The notes beneath the pieces are model-generated. The model saw nothing but the letters and a program-made list of their open reading frames with translations. It did no database searches and was not told the DNA's origin. 64,000 nt of DNA from Trichinella spiralis (taxonomy: Eukaryota): NCBI RefSeq assembly GCF_000181795.1, contig NW_003526943.1:932487-996486 (forward strand), given 5' to 3'. Made by a program: the position numbers and the translations under genes. Numbering within the stretch: the stretch's first letter is position 1; each line of letters starts with the position of its first letter. Below are positions 1-16,385 of the stretch, one piece after another.

Positions 1-3000
1 TATATATTTTTATATAAATCTAAAACACAATTGCGAGTGGAACAATTCAAAAATATTAAAACAACAACAACCTGATAAACATCAGCTTCATCAGTGTCTC
101 TGCCACCGCTGCTTGCAACGGTGCATAGCTGTACTTTATCGGTTGTTTGCATATCTTTATCACCAATTTCGAATATTCACCAAGAAAAGTACCATCTAAA
201 ACACAATGATAAACAATAAATAAAATATATTCAAATAAATAATGATAACCTTTAAGAACGTATTCCTCGCATATTTTGTTCACAAAATCGCGATCTCGAT
301 CTTCAAGGGATGCGACAGTATCCAAACCGAATACCGAATCAACCTGAAAAACATTACCACTCATCCAATTTCAACATTGAAAAATAATGATGCATTTGAT
401 ATTTGTTGTAATTTTATTGTTATTAAACATAAAAATTACCGATTTCTTTTCATTATTATTGACTTGCTCGTTAGTATTTCTTGACTTTTTAAGCTGGTTT
501 GACTAAAATTCAAAAATTTAAATAAGTTAAAATAAAAAACCAAAACAAATAACTCACAAATGACATATCCAAAAAATGAAAACTGCAATAAGCCACCTGG
601 CCAAATGCAGAAAGCATTCTGGTCAGAAATAATGGATAATGTTGTTCTAAAAGAAAAAAACGTAAAGAACAAAATCATCATCATGTTCAACATTATCCAA
701 TAGCTTAAACAGTTTACAAAAAAATACCCTTTTTGCTCTCTTCTTCACTTTTCGCGGACAATGATTTCAAAAAAGATGCACAAATAACATCTGGATTTGG
801 AGCAGCATAAAAAATGAGCCTAACTCCATATTCCATTGCCGCTATCCAGTAGTTATCGTCATAATTAGTGACACCTCAAATTGATAATCATTATTAATTG
901 AACAACAAAACGAACAAGACTGAAAAAATACCGTCAAGTAAGAAGCGCATTACACGACAAAATAGTGAACATTCTTCTACTTCGCAAGCAATTTCTTCCA
1001 AAAATTTCAAATTACCCTGCTAAAAAAGCACAACAACAGAAAAAATGCTTAATTACAAACTTTACAATATCAAAATTGAAAATAACAACAAACACCACAC
1101 TTTTCAATATTAAAAAAAAAATAGAAATATACTTACCCTGTCATACCATCCCAATTTGGACAAAGTGCACAATACTAAATAAGCAGAATGGAAGTCAGCG
1201 TTTTCAGATAAACCAAACACAGCCAATCGCTTGATGTTCCCACGAAGCACACTTTTATCATTACTGAAAAAAGAAGTATGAATTTAAAAAACAGAACAAT
1301 TTAAACGTAAGTAATAAGTAAACATTACACTGCAAACATGCATATAATTTTCAAAGCTATTTTCTTCTTTTCTAAAGTGTCTTTGTTATTTTGAATTATG
1401 TCCCAAGCTGGCATTAAATTAAAATTCTCAAGAATGCCTTTCTTCAATGCTATTGATACCTTAAAAATAAACATTTGGCATATAACAAAATTAAAAACAC
1501 AAACAAAAAAACATTCAATGTCAATAATCAACCATAAGCATACAAGCTTTGCTAAAGTGAAATATTGAGAATCGGTCGCCTTTTCCATGATGGTCAACAA
1601 TCTTTGTATTCTCATTTCGATAATATAACTAAAAATCGACTAAGTAATAACAAGAATTTAAGATGCTTGATTGATACTACAAATACGACTGATACCTTGC
1701 ATTGAATTCTGAGTCAATATCTACGCAAAGTTTCCGAAAAGCATTCAAAGCGCCATTTCGTACCGCTTCTTGTGTAGACCACACCAATTCAAAACATTTC
1801 CATATTGTTTCATTGTTACTTGACACATCATGTGAAACACAGTTAACCAAAAAGTCAATTGATTCGAGCACATCGGACAGTTGATTCTGATACAGCATTT
1901 CGGTAATCAATGGCAAAATCGAATGCACTTGTTGCAAAAAGCATATACTATCCTGGAAAAAAAATTAAAATTACTTCCAATATATGCAAAATTAAAATCC
2001 AAATATTATTTATTTACCTCAATGAATCGTATGACAACCTTCTGCCGTTGCACTTGATCCCCTTGCATAACTTTTTCTCGGATTTCTTCAGCCAACGGTC
2101 CATCAGCTATTACAGAAGCCATGATCAAATCTGAAACAAATTATAAAAAAAAACACCATCATTTATTTCTATTCATTTATCAAAAAAAATAATATCGAAC
2201 CCAGAAAAACAAATTTTATCGCATCTAAAAGGTTTCGCTTAAATTCGGCCGAAGTGCAGCTATAAAAAAAAGAAAAAAGAAAAAATCACTTTCAGTCAGT
2301 TTCTGTAGAAGCTTTTTACTTACTGTGTATCAAAAACTGACGCTAACAATGCACTGTCCGGATGCAATTTGCCAAAATGTATAAAACGCAGAACTGTCTC
2401 TCTGTAATTACCATCCACTATACAATTCAACGCAGACAAGCTACTGTAAAAGAAAAAACCAAACAAAACATCAACCCATATGTATATATATAGCTTTTTC
2501 TGGAAAAATCAACTCACATTATATCTGAAACATCTTCAAAATTGCAAAGCTCATCCGGAAGATTCAGACTACCGTCTTCCCAATATTTTTCTATGAGTTC
2601 GTCAAGAATATCGCTCATACGATTTCTTGCAATTGTCCATTTTTCATTCACTGAATCTTGTGCTTCACTTTCCTTATTTCCTTAATCAAACAAAATTATT
2701 TTTAATTTAAACAATTTTCATTCTAAAATTAAACCTTTAAATCTAGTTAAACCCGAATAAACAAGATTCTCCAAATTCTTCTTCTCTGTTTCCAGACGAC
2801 TCTGAAGCTCCTCAATTGTCACCTCAAAAGAAAAGTTACATTTACATATAAATAAAAATAAATAAATAAATAAATAATGACAAAAATGCAATACCTTCTT
2901 CATAAAAGGGTTATTGCTTAAAATGCTACCAAGAAGCTGAATAGCTGCTTTCCGAACTGTAGGAAGTTTGTCAGCTAAGCGTCCAATTGCAAGTGGCATA

Positions 3001-4938
3001 AGAAGCTTATACTCATTCAATGGAACACATTTTTCCAAAACAAGCTTAGTAAATAATTGCAACGCTTTGCTGCGTACATTCCCACTAATATCATGTATAT
3101 GCTCCTGCAAGAAAATATTGTGCATTTGACAATTTTCAAAAAAAATTATACATATATACATATCAATATCATACCAATAAATGCTTGAAAAACTGAGTTC
3201 TCAGCGTTACCAGAGATTCGGGCAAATCTTCGCCCGTCAGTTTCTTACTAATCAGTACAGAGAATGTAGTCAAAACACCATTACGAAATGTAAATGACTA
3301 AAACCGCAAAAACATTATTGCAATTCCAATTCAACAGAGAAAATAAATATAAAAAAAATACATCTTTTCTGATAAAACAATATTTTTAAAATTCATAATT
3401 CTCAAGTAAATTTTTTGTTTATTACATGTTACTATATTTTCCTTAAAGATCACAGTAAAAAACGATAAAATTCAATTAATACGTATTAAATTCAAAAATA
3501 CTATTTCAAAATCTGTCACACTATATATGCATTTTTGATTTCCACTTACATCTTCTGTCAAAAATGGAACAAGCAAACTGATGTTCCTTAAGACACAATC
3601 TGGAATCAAATTTGCAACTTCCACCAGAAAAACACTGTAGTTTCGAGCTGAAGCGCCTTCATTCAAAAGTGCAGCTGCATCCACCTGGGACAATTCCCTC
3701 AAATTAAAAAATCATATAGTTTCAATTTTTTAACGGCAACAGTTGAGTGGAAATAACAAATATTTATATGCAATTCAGATAAATCTGTAAATTACTTCAA
3801 TATTTCAACAAGAAAGGTTTCGCTATCGCTATTTGCCAAGTTAGAAACCATTTCTGCGATTTTTTCCGGATTTGTATCGGCAGCAGCCAGTGACTGAATA
3901 AGTTGCACAGCAAAAGCTAAAACAACAAAAGACTGTTGCTTTTCAATTTCAGTAAAATCATCAAACTTACTAATTCCATGATTATAGGTGTGAATCAACA
4001 AATCGAACGCTTTTAATAAACATTGCTTTCTTGGAGCCTTCCACGGATGAAGCATTTTTTGACAAAATTCACCAATTCCACTATGAAAAACACATTTATG
4101 CAACGTTAAGAAAATTTATATTCAATGAAACTTACTCGATTAAACGCTCGTCAACTAAAGCCGGGGCCCACAGCTTTTTCAAATCAAGTGACAACATGCG
4201 GCAACATAATTCAAGAAAACCTTGACTTTCATCTCTCCATAAATCATTATTTTGAACAACTCGTTTCCCTTTTCCACTCTAAAGCGGCAACTTTCATATA
4301 AATGTTAAAACAAATGACAAAAAATATGCACCTTTTTTGGTTCATCATTAAGTTGGACTTCAGAACATTTCTGAGGCTTTTCATTTTCAAATTCGAGTGC
4401 TAAGTGAATAAGAAGAAACATATTCATTGAGAAAATGTTTCGCAAGGACTGTTTTGAATACGCGCTGCATTCTGCAAAATCGTCAAGCAGATTCACAAGT
4501 TCATGGTAAATATTACTATTAACTAAAAAAAAGAACATATTAATGATGTAAATGTACAAAACAACTCTTACCTAAAACAAGTGAATGCCATATTTCTATG
4601 AGATCTGCTTTATCAAACTTTGAAAAATGCCTTAAAAACAACAAAAGCATAAAGAACAATCAAAACTATAAAAAAATCAACAAACTCTATGGCGCTGTAA
4701 AACACATTAAAGTTACTGACGAAATTTTCCAATAAGTTTGTATCGTACGAGTCTTTATATTCTAAAACAATAGTTTTCAAAGTTAAAAAACATTCTTGTA
4801 AAAGTAAAAAACCATACGCTAACCTTGAAATTTTGATAAAATAATATTCTTATCCGATAAGACTTCAACGTAAAACTCTTCATTGCGGTTCACCACTAAA
4901 TCTTTAAAACTACACGGAAAAGAAAATTCTGTGTCCAT
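1..4938 (-). CDS. NCAPD2: Condensin complex subunit 1 (CAP-D2/Cnd1), multi-exon, 3' end outside the window
   Basis: ATG at 4938 gives MDTEFSFPCSFKDLVVN. Later exons encode HEAT-repeat segments typical of CAP-D2: SFTFRNGVL, EHIHDISGNVRSKALQLF..., AIGRLADKLPTVRKAAIQLL..LSNNPF, and SDVLESIDF...LVWSTQEAVR. Many short GT-AG introns. Confidence 0.85.
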
Positions 4939-7826
4939 GATTTTCTAGCTAAAATTAATTTTCAGAATAAATCCAACACATCCCACAATTTAAAATTAAT
5001 ATTACAATAATAAATATGATGATCAGGTATAATTTTTGAGCTTGTTAAAATAATAATTAAAACTCTCATTTGACCTGTTTAGCAAAGTTCACTCGAACAA
5101 TGAAATAAATTTTTTGTTAATTTAATGAAATTTGTTTAATAATTACTCACTGCAATTCTCATCCAGAATAAAATACATAACGTTAAAAGTAGGTCACAAG
5201 AAAACATTCTGAACAGAATGCATCATCATAAACTTTGCAGTCAGTAGTAAAATATGAATTCTAACTTTATATTAATATATCATAATTTTTTATTTTCAGA
5301 CGTTAAGAAAACTTTTGTAGGCTGCTGAAAATTCAAATAATAGATTTTTGCTATGCTATTTTTTACTATATACTATAATTTTAAAAAATATTTTATATTA
5401 AATACATATCAATGAAAAATTACAACTGCCATGTGAAAACTGTAAAGTAAAATGTCTGCCTTTTCCTTGCTACAGCCAATTTCATACAATACAGAAAAAG
5501 CTGCAATCGGAATGTGAAAAATTTTGTTTGCTTTTAAACATTTTGCATAAATACATTTCTGTTATGTATTGTTAGTTTTTAAAATATATTTTTAATCTAA
5601 AATTTAAAATAATTCTAATGCTTGAAATATGCTTATTTTTGCTTTTGAAAAATTTGCACTTTTTACACCACTATACCAAATGTTATTCTGTTTACTTTAT
5701 ATTCTGGATTGTCCTATCACTTCTAAAGTGATTTTTCCTATAAATAACCCATATACCGCTTCTATTGTGCTTTTTGATAAATTAAAAAATTTTCTACTTG
5801 TTAAATTGCAACTGATGTCCTCAAATTGACAATCTGCTTATGCTCTGCTGAAGATTTTTCTCGAAACTCGTAGATAAAACGTTCTGTATTTCTTTATAAA
5901 ATTAAAAAAACAATTTTAACGGGACAAATATTTGTTGGAGAAAATACACTCACTCAAAAATATTAACGGAAATCTTAATGCGATATATTTTATCAGTATG
6001 CTTAACGACTTGTGGAGAATTGAAGGTCAAACTTGAAACAAAATTTTTGCATAAATTACAGAAAACATTCGAATATTTTTTAAATTATGATGAAATAAAC
6101 AGATAAGAGAGAAATTATTTTATAACATATTAATAATAGAATAAACCTGAAGACAAAAAAAATGCATACCTACAAACAGTGTTTGATGGTGGAAAAAAAA
6201 CCAAAGCAAAAATAAATTATTCTCAGTAGTGAAGTTAGAATGAAGCAAACAATTTTTCACAGGCTGGTTGCAAAAGTCAGTGTCAGTCAAAAATTCTGAC
6301 CAAAGCATTCACTGCCTTCGTCAGAAGCATAAACTGCTAATAAACAAAAGCTCCGCTTGCTCATGATAACTGGACAAATCTGCTTTTCACCATTGAGTTT
6401 CTAAAGGCAACCAATCAGCAAATGAACCATTTCATTCTAGCGTTACGTTACGCATTGCTGAAAACTGCTTGTCCGCTTGCAAAAGCGAAATCTTTGCAAC
6501 ATTTTGATTTTCGATAAAAATGATGTAACATTTTATCAATTGCTCTTTCATTTTATATTAAAAAAATATATATAAATTCACTCCACATTTTAGTTTTATT
6601 TATTTATTTATTTATTTATTAAAATACAAATTCTATTTTAAAATTTATGCTTTAACAAAAATTGCGGTTTAGTCTCTTTTGATCTTGCGTTTCAGTTCAG
6701 TGTTGAGCATTCGAAGGTTATTAGCTTGTAAGCGAAACAACTGTTGGTGCACATTCTACTGAATACAGTATTCGTTTGTTTTTTGTAATGACTCATCACA
6801 AGCAACTGATAAATCAAATATCAGATATCATCGTCCATCTGAAATTTTTTGCCTGCTGAAATTCTGAACTGGAAACGGGCTGGATTTTTCATACCATCAT
6901 GTCAATACCAGCATTACTAATATTAGTGTAAACAAGATATGCATCAGGAAGCAGGAAGTAAAGTCCTCTTGGGCATAAAGCTAGGAAATGTCCAACACTT
7001 CCTTATCACTAAAATACATGTAATGCAACTTGAGTAATAATCAACCTTGATTGTTGTTTTTGAAAACTAAAATATTGAAAAATTTACAAGCTATTTGTTT
7101 CAAGTATTCTGTGCCTTTATCAAACTACAGCCAAATCGATTCTCGTTTTTGTATGTGCAATTTTTAGGATAGTCTCTCTCGGTAAAATTTTCAGGGATGA
7201 TTTTCTATTGGTTGGCAAAAATTCGAGTTTTCATTGGATAGCTTCTAATTGCATAGTTATGACGTAATAGCATTAGTTGTTTTGCCTGAACTTTTCATTG
7301 ATTGAAATTTTTCTGCTCTGATTAGCTACAATTCTTTTTTATTTCATTGGTCCAAATTTTTAATTACATAACAACATAATATTTGATCTGGAATTTGACA
7401 GTGGAATTTTTTCATTGTTTTTAGCTGTTTTTTCTTTTAAATATTTACTTTTACACTTTGTACTTTTAGTGATTAGTATTTTGAATATGATTTAAGAAAA
7501 TTTCTATATTTTACTGACGCTTGAGCGTGTATCACCTCCCATTGAGTATTGGCTCATGTTGGTTCCGTAATTCGCAAACTGAAATTCATCATTATTTATT
7601 CCCACCATTCGAAAAGACATCTCAGACATGCGAGACAAAAAATAGCAAAGTAAAATAGGGAAACTACAATTGAAGGTCTTGTTCTTTGCAAATTAAATAA
7701 ATATCTTTATTATGCAATTGCATCATTCTATTCAAATGAACTGCCTAACAAAGAGAGTTGGCAACCAAGAGCCTAACTGGCCTAACAAAGAGAGAGAAAG
7801 AAAAACAAAGTTGGTCGCTTTGCCTC

Positions 7827-7853
7827 TGTGTGTGTGTGTGTGTGTGTGTGTGT
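7827..7853. repeat. (TG)13 microsatellite
   Basis: Pure TG run read directly from the sequence. Confidence 0.95.
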
Positions 7854-8298
7854 ATTTGTATGTTGCTTATTTGTCTCATAATTGTGTACCTGAGATACCT
7901 CATCGAGGTACTAAAGCATAGGAACGCTGGAACGCGTCGATGGAGGAGAGCGACCCTGAATGTGCCATTGAACGCAACGCATTTCAGCTTTTCATAATTA
8001 GATATTTTTTGAAAAGCAAGTAACAATAAAATAAATTTCTTCATTATGGAACGTTATTAAGAAAGTATTTATTCGTGAATTCAAATTACATAATAAAAAA
8101 ATATCTTTTCAGTATTAATAAAATGTTCTTACTCACAAAATGGTTATTTATATACAATATTTATATCATTTCTCCTGTGAACATATTAATTTTAAACAGA
8201 AAAAACATTTTCAATACTATTCAAACTACACTTAGCAAATATACAAAGAACACTACAAATAAATTGGTAAAAGTAAGAACAGTAAGATGAAAATAAAT

Positions 8299-9090
8299 TT
8301 AATTCAGCGCAAGCGTAAGGCATTTGCATGCGCCTCCAGCTTTTATAAACTCGCTCATTTCAACCATATGCACATTAAATCCAAGTCGTTGAATTTTGTC
8401 AGCTGTATCTGGACATCCACTTGGTAAAATTACATTTTCATTTATAACAACTGCGTTACAGGCAAACTTCAATGCTTCTTCTTCTGCAACATCAATCATT
8501 GTTAAAATTTTATTTAATTCTCGACCAGTTTCTTTCGTGTGAGCATTTGGATACCAAATAGCTATGTCATTGTTAAGTGGACATAAAGTTGTATCTAAAT
8601 GATAAAAGCGTGGATTGGTTAGCTTGGATGCGTATATTTTCACATCATCTTTCAAAAGCACTGCTTGAATTCGATCAAAAACTTGTCGATCTGTTCGAAA
8701 ACCATATGAAGCTATCAAATGATTGCCGGCGAATAACGCATCGCCAGCTCCTTCAAATGGTAAATCATCAACTATAACTTGATATTTTGCTTGACGGAAC
8801 CATTCTTCAAAATACTGTTTTTCTTTTTGTCTCTCAGGAAACATGAACTGACTCAACCACACTGATTCTTTATATATCAGACCTGCATTAGCTGTGAATA
8901 CCATGTCAGGCAAGCCTTCTACTGGCTCCACAGTTTCAACTGCTGCGCCACAATGTTCAATGGTTTCTTTTAGTGTTAGCCACTGCTTTAAAGCTTTGTT
9001 TTTATCTACTGGATTTTCTCGATTCATCCAAGGATTTATTTCATAGCTAACTTCAAAATACGTTGGCGGGCACATCAATATTCGTTTCAT
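8299..9090 (-). CDS. Amidinotransferase/pentein-superfamily hydrolase (DDAH/arginine dihydrolase ArgZ-N-like), intronless, 263 aa
   Basis: Uninterrupted ORF with MCPPTYF..Y.INPWM, GLPDMVFTANAG, PFEGAGD, GFRT, FYHLDT, FACNAV, and EFIKAGGACKCLT (catalytic Cys). TTTTTTTAG acceptor 17 nt upstream of the ATG. AATAAA about 225 nt past the stop. Confidence 0.9.
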   Translation of the reverse strand: MKRILMCPPTYFEVSYEINPWMNRENPVDKNKALKQWLTLKETIEHCGAAVETVEPVEGLPDMVFTANAGLIYKESVWLSQFMFPERQKEKQYFEEWFRQAKYQVIVDDLPFEGAGDALFAGNHLIASYGFRTDRQVFDRIQAVLLKDDVKIYASKLTNPRFYHLDTTLCPLNNDIAIWYPNAHTKETGRELNKILTMIDVAEEEALKFACNAVVINENVILPSGCPDTADKIQRLGFNVHMVEMSEFIKAGGACKCLTLALN

Positions 9091-11493
9091 TTTGATAAAT
9101 CAAGATGCTAAAAAAGGTATTCATACGTATTTTGGAAAATTATAAATCATAATAATCTTGCAGGGTTCTTCGATTGAATCTTTTATTCATTTTTAATAAA
9201 GCGTAAGCTTATTGTTAGTCTTTTTCGACTTTTATGAATAATTTTAACTTTTCTGAAAAATGCAAAGCAGTAAAATCAGTAAATTTTGGAATGCTATGTC
9301 ATTAAGAAAAAAGTTATTTCATGAAAAAAAACCTAGAACATTACAAAATTTATATTTTAAATAATAAATAAAATTTTTGAAATTCAACTACCAGTTTATC
9401 GAGTTTTTAAAATATATGAATTTTACTTACTATAGCTGTATCATAGAAGCAATGCCTTTGAAAACTTGATTATAATATTATTTAAGTTTTCATTTTTATA
9501 AAGCTAATAATTTATGCTCAGCTTAAAATAAAAATTATATTTATATTAAACTAAATTTAGAACGTGTTAATGAACCATAATCATGTAGCCACATTTATAG
9601 CAAATAATTGGCAAGGAAAAATCAATTCAAAATGATTGAATAAATCAGCTTAATTAATGTGCTGGCTGTCTAAATGGTAAAATTGCTCGTTAAATTGAAT
9701 TCTTTCTTCCCAAATTTTATTTAAACAAACAGTTGATCTTGGTTAAGTGCACATGGAATTTGGCAAGAATTTCCATGCACTTATCCAAGCATTGTATCCA
9801 GCAACAGTAATGCTATTTTGCAATTAGATTCTACGGTCAAATATAAGATTTAAAAATACACAACCAGTATATTTTAAAAAATGTACTTACTTTTAATGCG
9901 TGAATTTTTTAGTTTTAAAAGCAGCTTTTGCTTTCTTTTGTCTTATTAAATGTAGTCGATTAATGAAATGTAAAGAAAAACAATATTTTTCAAATGATTT
10001 TAATAATTTATATTAATCAGTTTGAATTTACAGATTTTAGAACAGTATGCAAGATTTCCGTCTTTTGCTGATTACTTTAAAGACAAAAATGAACTCTCTG
10101 ACAACAGGATCATAAGTTATCATTCTTCAATACTAGCCTATCATACGTCAACCTGCCCATACAATTGTTATCGCCATTAAGCATCTGCCTGCTCATGTAT
10201 AGAAATGGTCACCAAATGTCAGTGGGTCGCCTGTCCACTATTATTCTGCTATTGTTCTATGTATTACCATCTGGTCAAATGCTCAAAAGCATTCTTATAG
10301 TACATCATAAGTATATAATTAATTCAAAAAATATTCGCTGAAGATCGACCATTTATTTAAATTGCAAGAAAAATTCAAATACTGCAAAGTAATATTAGTT
10401 TAAATTATGCTTGTAACTCTTTAAATTACAGCTGAAAATATAAACAATAGACTAAAATCATGAAACAATTTTCCAAAGAAAAAGTTTCACGCAAAAGTAT
10501 ACATGAAAATTAATAAATAATGTGCATTTTAGTATTAAAGAAAAAGAAATATTTTAAAAAAATTACTACTTATGGTTTATTTTTCTGCTTTTGAATACGC
10601 GTTACTTTATTTAGATATAATTATCTAGTTCATTTTAAAATGCTAAGCCTATTTTTTAATGCTTAGAAAAAATTCTTTACTTTTGAAAAAGAGTTCAAAG
10701 TGAACGTTTTGTAAGTTAAATGGAAGCAATGTAAATGATCATTTATCCCAAAAGGATATGCGTAATAATACTTGTATTAAAAACTAATTAATCAAAATAA
10801 ATCAATATCAGAAGCCATTAGATATTATGGTTTTAATATTAACCAAGTAAGGGGAATTTTCCAATATGTAACTTCAATAAGAAATTACTGTTTGAGATTA
10901 AATATTCAGGTAAACATTTTAAAAATCATTTAACATACCTTTACCTATAGTTAAATCAAACGAGCATTTCATAATATTTTGTTTAATAATGATTTTAAAA
11001 TTTAACTAATAAAAACAGTGAAAAACAGACAATAGAAATTCATGGTGGTTAGATTTAGTGATAAGCAGGTACAGTGTGCAGCACGGACAAGAAGGGCCAT
11101 TCTTTAAACTATTTTTTTGAACAAATGATTTTCATAACGTAGTTCAGCATTTAAGTCAAATATTTGATAAATAATACGCACATTTAATTATTACTTTTTG
11201 ACAGTTGTTTGCATGTTCAAAATGATTATATAAACTGAATAATATGAATTCAGCATCAGTTATGAAATATAGTTTTTAGTATGTTTATTAATAAACAAAA
11301 TTTTCAGTAAAATAATGAATCCACAGAATCATGTTACTGAAGGTTTACTGAAAATGAACTTGAAATCTGATCATCAAAAAAAAAATAATCTACAAGTATT
11401 AGTAAAATGCGATTAAGAAATCGGCATATTTTGAATATCAAAAACAGGCATTTTAAATCTGATAAATATAAAACTTGCTTAATCTTTTACTAA

Positions 11494-16385
<4,892 letters not shown>

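Noticed and set aside
7712..8044. Short ORFs with CVCVCV or HTHTHT runs
   Set aside because: Translation artefacts of the (TG)n microsatellite.
8299..9090. Bacterial contamination or chimeric assembly as the explanation for the amidinotransferase
   Set aside because: No neighbouring bacterial genes or Shine-Dalgarno site, host-like composition and eukaryotic processing signals. Not fully excluded without reads.
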